Below are positions 48,840 through 57,659 of a stretch of DNA of 64,000 nt, one piece after another. Position numbers and translations under genes: made by a program. Source of the DNA: Candidatus Eiseniibacteriota bacterium (GTDB lineage: Bacteria > Eisenbacteria > RBG-16-71-46); assembly GCA_963717505.1 (NCBI GenBank), contig OY970342.1:3232001-3296000 (forward strand), read 5' to 3'. Numbering within the stretch: the first letter of the stretch is position 1; the number at the start of each line of letters is the position of its first letter. The notes under the pieces were generated by a model, which ran no database searches, was not told where the DNA came from, and was given only the letters and a program-made list of their open reading frames with translations.

Positions 48840-50117
48840 ATGCCTCCCGTCCTTCTCGCTCGGGTGCTCGAGCGCATGCGTCATGCCGGCGTGCGCTACT
48901 GCGTCCTGCGCGGGACGCTGACCGGTCCGGCTCCACACGGCCATCGGGAGCTCGACGTTTTGGTCGACCCAAGACAGCTGGCGACCTGGTCCCGGGAAGT
49001 TCGAGCGTTGGGGTTCATGGCGATGCCGGTGCTCGGCTCGGGCGGCCATCGATTCTTCACACGCTACGACACGGACGGCGGGGAGTGGCTCAAACTCGAT
49101 GTCGTGACCGAGCTGCGCTTCGGCGGACGCGGCGGGCTGTTCTCAATGGCCGGCCGTGATCGCATCCTCGATCGCGCGACGACTGCGAACGATGTCCGGA
49201 CTCCGCATCCGGTCGACGCCACACTCGGATTGGTCCTGCACTGCCTGCTGGACAAACGCGCGTTCAAGGACGAGCACCGAAAGACCCTGGCCGGTCTACG
49301 CGACCAGGTGATGGGTGACGGGGCACTGAATGACGCCACCGAGGAATTGTTCACGCACTCGTTCGACGGCGCACTGAGTTGGCGGGACACGGCGGACGCC
49401 ATCGCTCGCGGGAACTGGCCGGGCTTGCTCGCGCGGCGGACGCGCGTGACCCAGGTCCTGTTTCGGCGCGACCCGATCGGCACCGTGGGGCGCGGAATCG
49501 ACGAGGTGCTGCGCCGTATCGCGCGGCCGCTTCACGCGGTCCTCGCACGCCGCGGCTACTCCATAGCGCTGATCGGTCCCGACGGCACCGGCAAGTCCAG
49601 CCTGGCGCGCCGGCTCGCTGCTGACCGCGAGATCCATGCCCGGATCGTCTACATGGGATCGAACCCCAAGGCGAGCACGGTTGGCCTCTGGCGCGGGGGC
49701 GCGAATTCGTTCGCCCCACGCCTGCTCGAACAGGCGTATCGATCGGCCGTGGCTTCGTTCTGGAAGTTGCGAGGTCACTTCGTAGTCTTCGAACGACATC
49801 CGTGGGAGGGTCGTAACGCGCCCGTGGCCGGCGGCGCTTCGCGCCTGAGGCGCGCCCTGCTGCTCGCCGCGAGCGCCCAGCCCGACCTCGTGGTCGTCCT
49901 CGACGCCCCGCTCGACCTCCTGGCCGACCGCACGCCGGAACACGAGCGCGAGCGGATCACGAGCCAGCGAGAACGGTATCGCGCGCTGGCCGGCCAGATC
50001 GCGGGGGCAACCGTGCTCGACACCTCGCACGACCTGGACCGGACGATTCGCGATCTGACCACGACGATCTGGGACGGTTATCGCCGACACGTCGAGGGCG
50101 GGGAGGTGCAGCCATGA
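48840..50117 (+). CDS. Nucleotidyltransferase-like domain fused to thymidylate-kinase-like domain
   Basis: N-terminal YCVLRG...ELDVLV, KLDVV, LHCLLDK; C-terminal ALIGPDGTGKS, VYMG, PDLVVVLDAP. Confidence 0.7.
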   Translation: MPPVLLARVLERMRHAGVRYCVLRGTLTGPAPHGHRELDVLVDPRQLATWSREVRALGFMAMPVLGSGGHRFFTRYDTDGGEWLKLDVVTELRFGGRGGLFSMAGRDRILDRATTANDVRTPHPVDATLGLVLHCLLDKRAFKDEHRKTLAGLRDQVMGDGALNDATEELFTHSFDGALSWRDTADAIARGNWPGLLARRTRVTQVLFRRDPIGTVGRGIDEVLRRIARPLHAVLARRGYSIALIGPDGTGKSSLARRLAADREIHARIVYMGSNPKASTVGLWRGGANSFAPRLLEQAYRSAVASFWKLRGHFVVFERHPWEGRNAPVAGGASRLRRALLLAASAQPDLVVVLDAPLDLLADRTPEHERERITSQRERYRALAGQIAGATVLDTSHDLDRTIRDLTTTIWDGYRRHVEGGEVQP

Positions 50118-51592
50118 AGGACCTTCTCGACCCCCAGGTCATGTTCCTTATCGCGGTTCTCGCCGCGGGCACCTGGGCGATGATCCGCTGGCCGGATCTG
50201 GGCTTGGTCCTCGGCGTCGTCTTGCTCTACCTCAACTTGCCGGCGCTCGCGGCCAAACTGCACGGCGTTCCGGGTCCGATCGCCGGTGCCGCCGGGATCG
50301 TGGTGACCCCGGCCCTCATCCAGCGATTCCTCTCCAGCCGCCCGCGCTTCGTGATCGATCTGCCGATGCTCATGATGTTCCTCTTCCTCGGCAGCATCAT
50401 TCTGTCGTCGTTCCTGGCCCAGGAGTTCGACCTCGCGATGGGCTGGGTGCTCAAGTTCGTGTTCGAGGGCCTCCTGCTCTACACGCTGATGGTCAACCTG
50501 GTGCGCAGCGCGGCCTCGATGCGCCGAGTAGTCTGGGCGTTGCTGTTCTCGGGCTCGCTGCTCGCGAGCATGACGCTCTACCAGGAGCTGACCAAGGACT
50601 ACCACCAGGAGTTCGGCGGTCTCGCTCAACGCATGCTCGAGCGCGAGACCGCGAGCCTCGAAACCAAAGACCAGCTGAGCGGGGGCGATCGCTCGAAGAT
50701 CCGCATCGCGCAGCGCGCCCAGGGTCCGATCGACGATCCCAATCGCTACTCGCAGATGCTCATCGTGCTGCTGCCGCTCGCCTGGGTGGTCGGACGCAAC
50801 GCGAAGAGCCTCTTGCAGCGGGTCTTGGCCGCCGGCAGCGCCCTCATGATGATGGCGGCCATCCTGCTGACCTACTCGCGCGGCGCGTTCCTGACGCTGG
50901 TCGTGATGACCGTCATCGCCACGGTCCTGAGGGGCGTTCGCATTGCCCACTTGCTCGTGGCACTGCTGGTGTTCTCAATCGGGGCGACGATCATCGTACC
51001 CGGCTATATGGGGCGCATCTCCACGTTGTGGGGCATTCAGGGCCTGGTCACCGACCATAGCGCGGTGGGCCCGGACGCCGTCCAGCGCGGGCGTGCCACG
51101 GAAATGCTCGCGGCCTGGAACGTGTTCCGCGACTACCCGGTCCTCGGCGTCGGCCCGGGACAGTTCGCCGCGGTCTATTCGCTCGAGTACATGAGCACCG
51201 GGTTCGAGATGCGGCGCATCGTCGAAACCCGCCGCGCGCACTCCCTGATCCTCGAGATGCTGGCCGAGGTCGGAGCCATCGGCGTCGGAATCTTCCTCGG
51301 AATCATCTTCGTCCTGGTGCGTCGCCTGTACCAGCAGTGGCGCCTGCGCCGGGTGAGCGATCCGGAGGCGGCCGACTTCGGCCTGGCCTTCATCCTCTCG
51401 ATCGTCGGCTACATGGGTACGGCGCTCTTCCTGCAGCTGTCCTACCAGCGCTACTACTGGTTCCTGATCGCGATGGCGAGCGCCACCGTGCACATCGCGC
51501 GCTCCGATGGATTCCGGCGTGTCGCGCTGCCTCAGGCAGTCCCGGCGCGGGCCGCCGGCACGGTGTCGGAGACGCTGGCATCACCGAGGTAG
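50114..51592 (+). CDS. O-antigen ligase / Wzy polymerase family protein
   Basis: Multi-TM; DPNRY, TYSRGA, P.LGVGPGQF, AHSLILEMLAEVG. Confidence 0.88.
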   Translation: MKDLLDPQVMFLIAVLAAGTWAMIRWPDLGLVLGVVLLYLNLPALAAKLHGVPGPIAGAAGIVVTPALIQRFLSSRPRFVIDLPMLMMFLFLGSIILSSFLAQEFDLAMGWVLKFVFEGLLLYTLMVNLVRSAASMRRVVWALLFSGSLLASMTLYQELTKDYHQEFGGLAQRMLERETASLETKDQLSGGDRSKIRIAQRAQGPIDDPNRYSQMLIVLLPLAWVVGRNAKSLLQRVLAAGSALMMMAAILLTYSRGAFLTLVVMTVIATVLRGVRIAHLLVALLVFSIGATIIVPGYMGRISTLWGIQGLVTDHSAVGPDAVQRGRATEMLAAWNVFRDYPVLGVGPGQFAAVYSLEYMSTGFEMRRIVETRRAHSLILEMLAEVGAIGVGIFLGIIFVLVRRLYQQWRLRRVSDPEAADFGLAFILSIVGYMGTALFLQLSYQRYYWFLIAMASATVHIARSDGFRRVALPQAVPARAAGTVSETLASPR

Positions 51593-53469
51593 TGCTCGTG
51601 CCAGGCCATGAACACCATCAGGTTCCAGATCGAGCGTGCGCGGTCGCGGACGCCGTCGCGATGCTCGCGCAGCATCGCCTGAATCGCCTTGGCGTCGAAC
51701 ATTCCGGACTTCGCGACCGACGCCGGGCTCAGCAGGTCGCCCGAGAACTCGCGCAGGCCCTGCTGGAGCCAGACCGACGCCGGGAAGATGAATCCCTGCT
51801 TCTTGCGTGACCGGACGTCGCGCGGCAGCAGGTCGGCGTAGGCCTCCTTGAGGACGATCTTGGTGTCGAAGCCGCGCTGCTTCATGTCCGGCGGGATCGC
51901 GGCGGCGTACTCGACGAACTTGTGGTCGAGGAACGGGGGACGCACCTCCAGCGAGTGAGCCATGCTCATGCGGTCGACCTTGGTCAGGATGTCGTCGACC
52001 AGGTAGGTGCGAATGTCGAGGTCGAGCATGCGGTCCAGGAACTCGTAGGACTCGCTCTCCGAGAACACCTCGCGCACCCGGGACAGCGGATCGGTGGCCG
52101 GCATGCCGAGGCGATAGTCGCGGTGATAGAGCGACTGGCGTTCCTCCGGCCCGAACACTTGCTTCCAGCCGACGTGGCTCTCGAGCAGACCCTGGTCGGC
52201 GGCCTCGACGAAACGCTTGATCTTGTAGTCGAAACTGACCTTGTCGTAGGAAGTCGGAAGCCGGCGCACGATCTGGCGAATCACGCCGTCGCGCAGCGGG
52301 CGCGGAATCATGCGGTAGTACCGCGCCAGGTGATCGGCGACGTAGGTCATGTAGCCGCCGAACAGCTCGTCGCCGCCGTCGCCCGAGAGCGCAACGGTGA
52401 CTTGGCTGCGCGCCAGGCCGGAGAGGAAGTACACCGGGACCGCCGACAGGTCGCCGAACGGCTCGTCGAGGTAGGACACCAGGCGCACGACCTCGGCGGC
52501 GTGCTCGGGCTCGACGATCATCTCGTGGTGCTCGGTGCCCAACCGCTCGGCCATCGCGCGGGCGAAGGGCGCTTCGTCGTAGGAGTTCTCGCGGAAGCCG
52601 ATCGAGAAGGTCTTGAGCTTGGGCAGGAACTCGGCCACCTGTGAGACGACGATGCTGGAGTCGATGCCGCCCGACAGGAAGACGCCGACCGGCACGTCGG
52701 ACAACAGGTGTTCGCGGACGGTCTCGCGCAGCAGTGCCCGCAGTCCTTCGCGAATCTCCTCGGGACGGCGCGGCGGACGCTGCCCACGCGCGGGGAACTT
52801 CAGCTGCCAGTAGCGCTCGGTACGCACGCCACTCTTGTCGGCGACCATCATGCAGCCGGGCTCGAGTTTCTCGATGCCCTCGAAGATGCTGCGCGGACCG
52901 GGGACGTAGCTGAGCGCCAGGTAGGCGTCCAGAGCCTCGGGGTCGATCCGGCGCTCGAGGCCGGGGACCTGGAGCAGCGATTTGAGCTCCGAGGCGAACG
53001 CCAGCTTGCCGTCGAAGTGGGCGACATGAAGCGGCTTGATGCCCAGGCGATCGCGGGCAATCACCAGCCGGCGCTGGCGCAGATCCCAGACCGCGAGCCC
53101 GAACATCCCCTGCAGGTGACGGACGAAGTCCGGTCCGTGGTCCTCGTACAGGTGGATGATGGCTTCGCAGTCCGAGTGGGTGCTGAACTTGTGGCCGCGT
53201 GCCTCGAGGTCGCGACGCAGCTTCGGCGAGTTGTAGATCTCGCCGTTGCACACCACCAGCGCACTACGGTCCTCGTTGAAGATCGGCTGGTGTCCCCCCG
53301 CCAGGTCGACGATCGACAGCCGGCGCATGCCGAAGCCGAATGATCCGTCGACATAGATGCCCTGGTCGTCGGGTCCGCGATGCACGATGACGCCGCACAT
53401 GCGCGACAGGACGTCCTCCGAGGCCGGAGCCGAACCGCGATAGTCGTAGTAGCCGCAGATGCCGCACAT
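51532..53469 (-). CDS. asnB: Asparagine synthase-like glutamine-hydrolysing amidotransferase
   Basis: MCGICG, HRGPDD, NGEIYN, RDRLGIKP, LSGGIDSS, SGDGGDELFGGY, KVDRMSMAHSLEVR. Confidence 0.94.
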   Translation of the reverse strand: MCGICGYYDYRGSAPASEDVLSRMCGVIVHRGPDDQGIYVDGSFGFGMRRLSIVDLAGGHQPIFNEDRSALVVCNGEIYNSPKLRRDLEARGHKFSTHSDCEAIIHLYEDHGPDFVRHLQGMFGLAVWDLRQRRLVIARDRLGIKPLHVAHFDGKLAFASELKSLLQVPGLERRIDPEALDAYLALSYVPGPRSIFEGIEKLEPGCMMVADKSGVRTERYWQLKFPARGQRPPRRPEEIREGLRALLRETVREHLLSDVPVGVFLSGGIDSSIVVSQVAEFLPKLKTFSIGFRENSYDEAPFARAMAERLGTEHHEMIVEPEHAAEVVRLVSYLDEPFGDLSAVPVYFLSGLARSQVTVALSGDGGDELFGGYMTYVADHLARYYRMIPRPLRDGVIRQIVRRLPTSYDKVSFDYKIKRFVEAADQGLLESHVGWKQVFGPEERQSLYHRDYRLGMPATDPLSRVREVFSESESYEFLDRMLDLDIRTYLVDDILTKVDRMSMAHSLEVRPPFLDHKFVEYAAAIPPDMKQRGFDTKIVLKEAYADLLPRDVRSRKKQGFIFPASVWLQQGLREFSGDLLSPASVAKSGMFDAKAIQAMLREHRDGVRDRARSIWNLMVFMAWHEHYLGDASVSDTVPAARAGTA

Positions 53470-53509
53470 GTTCAGGGAGTCTCCGGAGCGGGAGGCGAGG
53501 GCTCGAGCG

Positions 53510-54676
53510 TCATCGGCCGGCGTTGCCGGTCGGTGCGGTGCGTCCGGTCGGCTGCCAGGTGATGCTGCGCTGACCGAACAGGCAGCGACCGAGCCCGTAC
53601 AGCGCGGCGACGTTGACCAGCACGAAGTAGTAGGGAATGAAGAACCACGGCATCTGGCGCAGCCGGCCGCGGACGATCGCGCCCAAGCCGGCGAGGGCGA
53701 GGATGACCAGCGCCACGATCAGGATCGGGCGATACGCCGGGTCGCCCGCCGACAGGAACGGCAACAGCAGCAACATGATCAGGAACAGGACCGCGACCAG
53801 GCGGCGCAGCAGCTGACGCGTGATCAGCGACACCGCATAGAAACCGGTACGGAACGGATTCGCGAGCGGCAGGACCCGGAAGAATCCACGGATGCCGCGT
53901 TCGATGATCCGCACCTTCCGGCGGAACTCGTCGCGATTGCTCGGCGAGGTGTCCTCGTAGGTCTTGGACTCCGAAACGAACAACATGCGCTGGCCGGCGT
54001 GCACCACGTTGGTCGAGAGCGCGAAGTCGTCGGGCACGTCGAGCGGGACGTCGCGGAACACCGAGCGGCGGAACGCCAGGCACGAGCACTCGCCGGCGAC
54101 GATGCTGCCGATCCGGGTCTCGCACGACTTCATGAATTTCTCGTAGCGCAAGTAGAGCGCCTCGCCTTCGCCGCCGGTGCTGGCGCCCGGATTGCGGTAG
54201 ATCTTGTTGCCCCAGGCGCCGCCGACTTCGGGATCGCCGAACGGCGCGATCAGCTCGCGCAGCGCGTCGGGGGCCAAGTCGATGTTTGCGTCCGAGATCA
54301 CCACGATGTCGCCGCGGGTCTCGGGAAGGACGGCGTTGACCAGGCCGTTCTTGCCGCGCCGCGGGTTGCCGGCGATCAGCCGGACGCCTCGCGACTCGAA
54401 GCTCCGGACGATGTCGTTGGTCGCGTCGGTCGAGCCGTCGGACGCCACCACCACTTCCAGCTGGTCGGCCGGATAGTCGAGGGCCAGCGTGTTGCGCAGC
54501 TTGCGCTCGATCACCGCCTGTTCGTTGTAGGCGGCAACCAGGAACGTGACGCGGGGCGTGTGGGCTTGCCTGCGTATCGGACGTCGGACCACCCGCGACA
54601 ACAGAAAGACGAGCGCCGGATACCCGAAGTAGGTGTAGAGCACCAGAACGGCGCATGCCCAGAAGGCAGCGTGCAC
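53510..54676 (-). CDS. Glycosyltransferase family 2 (membrane-anchored)
   Basis: YTYFGYP, AAYNE, LDYP, SDGSTD, SDAN, PDDF, RRKVR; start uncertain. Confidence 0.88.
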   Translation of the reverse strand: MHAAFWACAVLVLYTYFGYPALVFLLSRVVRRPIRRQAHTPRVTFLVAAYNEQAVIERKLRNTLALDYPADQLEVVVASDGSTDATNDIVRSFESRGVRLIAGNPRRGKNGLVNAVLPETRGDIVVISDANIDLAPDALRELIAPFGDPEVGGAWGNKIYRNPGASTGGEGEALYLRYEKFMKSCETRIGSIVAGECSCLAFRRSVFRDVPLDVPDDFALSTNVVHAGQRMLFVSESKTYEDTSPSNRDEFRRKVRIIERGIRGFFRVLPLANPFRTGFYAVSLITRQLLRRLVAVLFLIMLLLLPFLSAGDPAYRPILIVALVILALAGLGAIVRGRLRQMPWFFIPYYFVLVNVAALYGLGRCLFGQRSITWQPTGRTAPTGNAGR

Positions 54677-54874
54677 GTGAACGACCCCGCGAGAAGGTGG
54701 TGAGGCGCCCGAACCCGATCGGCCGACCTTCAGGTGGTCGGCGACTTGTGGGCGGACATTATGTCGAAATTGGCCGCGGCGTGGACCTGCGGGGGGTCGC
54801 GGGATGCTCGTCGGCGCTCCGACGAGGCGGGAATCCACATGACCTGGGGGCTGCCGCTCCGGCTAACGCGTTAC

Positions 54875-54903
54875 ACTATAGCAACATGCCGGTTCGGCCT
54901 CAA
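54875..54903 (-). promoter_or_regulatory. Candidate sigma70 promoter for GT2-asnB
   Basis: Minus strand TTGAGG-17 nt-TATAGT with extended -10 TG. Confidence 0.55.
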
Positions 54904-54976
54904 GCGGAACCTGCCCTCGGGAAACCGGCCGAAATCCTGACTTCTCGGGCCTAGAAGACCACCCAGGTGGGACCAT

Positions 54977-56002
54977 TCAGGCGGCGGTCGGTACCTGGCG
55001 AAACCCGGGCAACCCCGCAAACCAACCGGTGAGCTGACCTCTCAGAACCGCCGGCGTCGTCCCGCGACCGACGTTGATCCGACGGAGTCTGAGTGGATCG
55101 GCGGTCTTCATGGGGTTGACGCCGCGCACCGTGGTGAACCCGAGCCTGTAGCCCGCCTCGCGTGCCATGCGGACCACGCGGTCGTCGAACGCCCCGGCCG
55201 GGTAGGCAATGGCGGTCGGGGTCGAGCCCAGTTCGCGTTCCAGGTCGACTCGAGCGGCGATCAGCTCCTGACGCACCGCCTCGACCGGAATCCGGGTGAG
55301 CAGCGGATGCGTCCGAGTGTGCGAGGCGAAGCGAACGCCCTCGGCGGCGAGCAGGCGGATCTCGCTCCAGTCCATCACGGGCGAAGGCGGGGGCGCGATC
55401 TCGAGCCGGTCGCAGATTCCAGCCACCCAGCGAAGCGCCTCCTCGTGAGGCAGCTCCTTGGCTCGAGCCCGGAGCCGCGCGAAGGCCCGATCCCGATCGC
55501 GCCGCGTTTCGAGGCTGAGCCGGCCCAGCTCCGGCACCGGAACCGAGCGCAGGGGCGTCGCCCCGAGCGCGTGGTGCAGCCGATCCCACCAGAACCAGCG
55601 CTGCGCGTCTCCCGGGAATGCGGTCGGAATGAACACCACCGCCGGCAGGCCTTTGGCCTTCAACACCGGCCATGCATTCGCGCGAAAATCGCGATAGCCG
55701 TCGTCGAACGTAATCAGGACCGCGCGCTTGGCCAGGCCGCGGTGAGTCTGGAACTCGTGGTGGACGTCATCGACCGAAACCACGTTGCACCGGGCGGCGA
55801 GGATTTCCATCTGGATCGCAAAGGCCTCCGGCGACACCGTGACCCCGCCCTGCGGCGCCGGGTCCGCGTCGGGGCGCTCGACTCGATGGTAGGTCAGCAC
55901 GCGCAGCACGTTCTCGGGTTCGCGGTCGATCCCCTCGATCAAACGCACGAACGCATCGAATGCCGGACTGCGCAGCACCGAGCCAGCGACATGACCGAGC
56001 AC
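54977..56002 (-). CDS. Polysaccharide deacetylase (CE4/NodB-like)
   Basis: LTYHRV, ITFDDGY, SHTRTH, AYPAG, LRRI. Confidence 0.92.
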   Translation of the reverse strand: MLGHVAGSVLRSPAFDAFVRLIEGIDREPENVLRVLTYHRVERPDADPAPQGGVTVSPEAFAIQMEILAARCNVVSVDDVHHEFQTHRGLAKRAVLITFDDGYRDFRANAWPVLKAKGLPAVVFIPTAFPGDAQRWFWWDRLHHALGATPLRSVPVPELGRLSLETRRDRDRAFARLRARAKELPHEEALRWVAGICDRLEIAPPPSPVMDWSEIRLLAAEGVRFASHTRTHPLLTRIPVEAVRQELIAARVDLERELGSTPTAIAYPAGAFDDRVVRMAREAGYRLGFTTVRGVNPMKTADPLRLRRINVGRGTTPAVLRGQLTGWFAGLPGFRQVPTAA

Positions 56003-56003
56003 G

Positions 56004-57659
56004 TCACGCCCCCCCGAGCAACCGGTCGGGACTCGCCGCGACCCTGCGCCACACGTCGACTCTCCAGTCCGCGCGCAGCTCAGCGGACTCGGCCGCCAGG
56101 GCGTGCGCGGGAGCGCGGCGCACGACCGCTGCCGCTTGCGTCACCCAACCGGCCATGCAGAGCCCCGGGAGCGCCGCCTCGGGCAGCGAAAGACCGGTGC
56201 AGTAGCGGGCGAGGGGCGCGCGCAGCCATTCGGGAGCACCGGCGAAGGCGTCGACGATGGCGCTCGCGGCCGAAGGGCCGGTCATGGCCTGCGCGCGTGC
56301 TCGCGCGACATAGGCCAGGAAGAAGCACAAGTCGGTGGCCGGAAGTCCGATCGGCTCCGACAGCTCCCAGTCGAGCACCGCCGCCGCCCCGGACGGACTC
56401 AGGAGAATGTTCGGGTGACTCAAGTCACCATGCTCGAGCACGCTCGGGATCGCATGCGACGCCAGGGGCCGAACCACGCGCCGCGTCGACTCGCACAACT
56501 CCGGGTCCGCGAGCCCGGCGGACTGGAGATCGCCGAGATCGCGCTCGATGCGTTGCAGAATCCAGGAATCGCCGGCGGGGCGGTCGCGGCGCGAGGGGGT
56601 CTGAACCTCGATCATCCAGTCCACGATTGCCGCACAACAGTCCGCAGCATCGGCGCGCACCCGCGCCGGGTCCATGGCGCGTCCGGTCAGCGCGGTTTCC
56701 GCGAGCAGCGCGTGCCCTTCGAAGACCTCGCACGCGATCACTCGGGGAATCGAGACGAATCCGCCGGATCGCAGCGCATGAATCGCGCGCAGGCGATCGG
56801 CTTCCTCCTCGAGACCCTGCGAGCGCCCGGCCCGCCGCGCAAGCTTGACCGCGATCGCCGGCGCATCAGCGTCGCCGGCGAACAACAGGAACACCAGGTG
56901 GCTGGAGTTCCTGAATCGCGGGGTGAGGGCGAGGAACGGCGCGTTGGGTCCAATGCCGAGCTTGGAAACGCCATCCTCGCGCGAACGATCAATGAGGAAG
57001 CGATGGACGAAACTGTTCGCTCGGACGGCCACGGGCGTCGCCCGGCCGGGGGAGGTCTCCGGGCTTCGAATCGCGATCACGCTCCCGAGTACGACTCGAT
57101 CGAGGAGCCCGAGATTCAGGAGCAAGTTCGCCGCGTGGCCCTGGAGCCGGGTGCGCAGTCCGCTTCCGGCGCGCATGAGCGCGTTGCGGATCGGGGCCCG
57201 GTCGGCGAGGGGAACGATGCGCGTGCAGCGTTCGAGGTCCGGCCAGTGCCAATGGGCGCGCACCTCCGCGAATCCGAGATCGCGAAGCCGCCGCGTCACG
57301 GCGCCGAGCGTGGTCGGCCCCCGGCCCCGACTCGCGTCCGAGGTCCCCGACGAACGCGGCTGCACTTCGACGATCAGCGAACCGCCGGGAGCCACATGTT
57401 TCGTGGCGCGCACCAGTTCAGCGTCGGTCGCATTCGAGGCGACCACGAGACGCAACAGACCCTGGGGATGCGACGGCTCGGTCGACGCGCCGACTAGCTC
57501 GACCTGGGCCAGGAGACGAAGCGCCGGCGGAACCTCGCGGCCGAACCATCCCACGCGATCGGGCCAGGGATGGGAGAGCAGGAACCGCCAGTCGAAGCGC
57601 GCCAGATCCTGGGCCGGGGAAGCCAATGGACCTGGGACCGAGGCGGCGTCCGGGCTCAC
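56004..57659 (-). CDS. Aminoglycoside-phosphotransferase-like kinase (paralog of 31973..33673)
   Basis: AVKLAR..LEEE, HGDLSHPN, LDWE, DLCFF; N-terminal region with APGGSL. Confidence 0.8.
   Translation of the reverse strand: MSPDAASVPGPLASPAQDLARFDWRFLLSHPWPDRVGWFGREVPPALRLLAQVELVGASTEPSHPQGLLRLVVASNATDAELVRATKHVAPGGSLIVEVQPRSSGTSDASRGRGPTTLGAVTRRLRDLGFAEVRAHWHWPDLERCTRIVPLADRAPIRNALMRAGSGLRTRLQGHAANLLLNLGLLDRVVLGSVIAIRSPETSPGRATPVAVRANSFVHRFLIDRSREDGVSKLGIGPNAPFLALTPRFRNSSHLVFLLFAGDADAPAIAVKLARRAGRSQGLEEEADRLRAIHALRSGGFVSIPRVIACEVFEGHALLAETALTGRAMDPARVRADAADCCAAIVDWMIEVQTPSRRDRPAGDSWILQRIERDLGDLQSAGLADPELCESTRRVVRPLASHAIPSVLEHGDLSHPNILLSPSGAAAVLDWELSEPIGLPATDLCFFLAYVARARAQAMTGPSAASAIVDAFAGAPEWLRAPLARYCTGLSLPEAALPGLCMAGWVTQAAAVVRRAPAHALAAESAELRADWRVDVWRRVAASPDRLLGGA

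Noticed and set aside
27714-53469. RiPP cluster (lasso peptide or graspetide) suggested by AsnB, HprK-like kinase, nucleotidyltransferase and ATP-grasp
   Set aside because: AsnB keeps the full MCGICG glutaminase domain. No PqqD/RRE, B2 peptidase or precursor peptide was seen, and the context is glycan synthesis.
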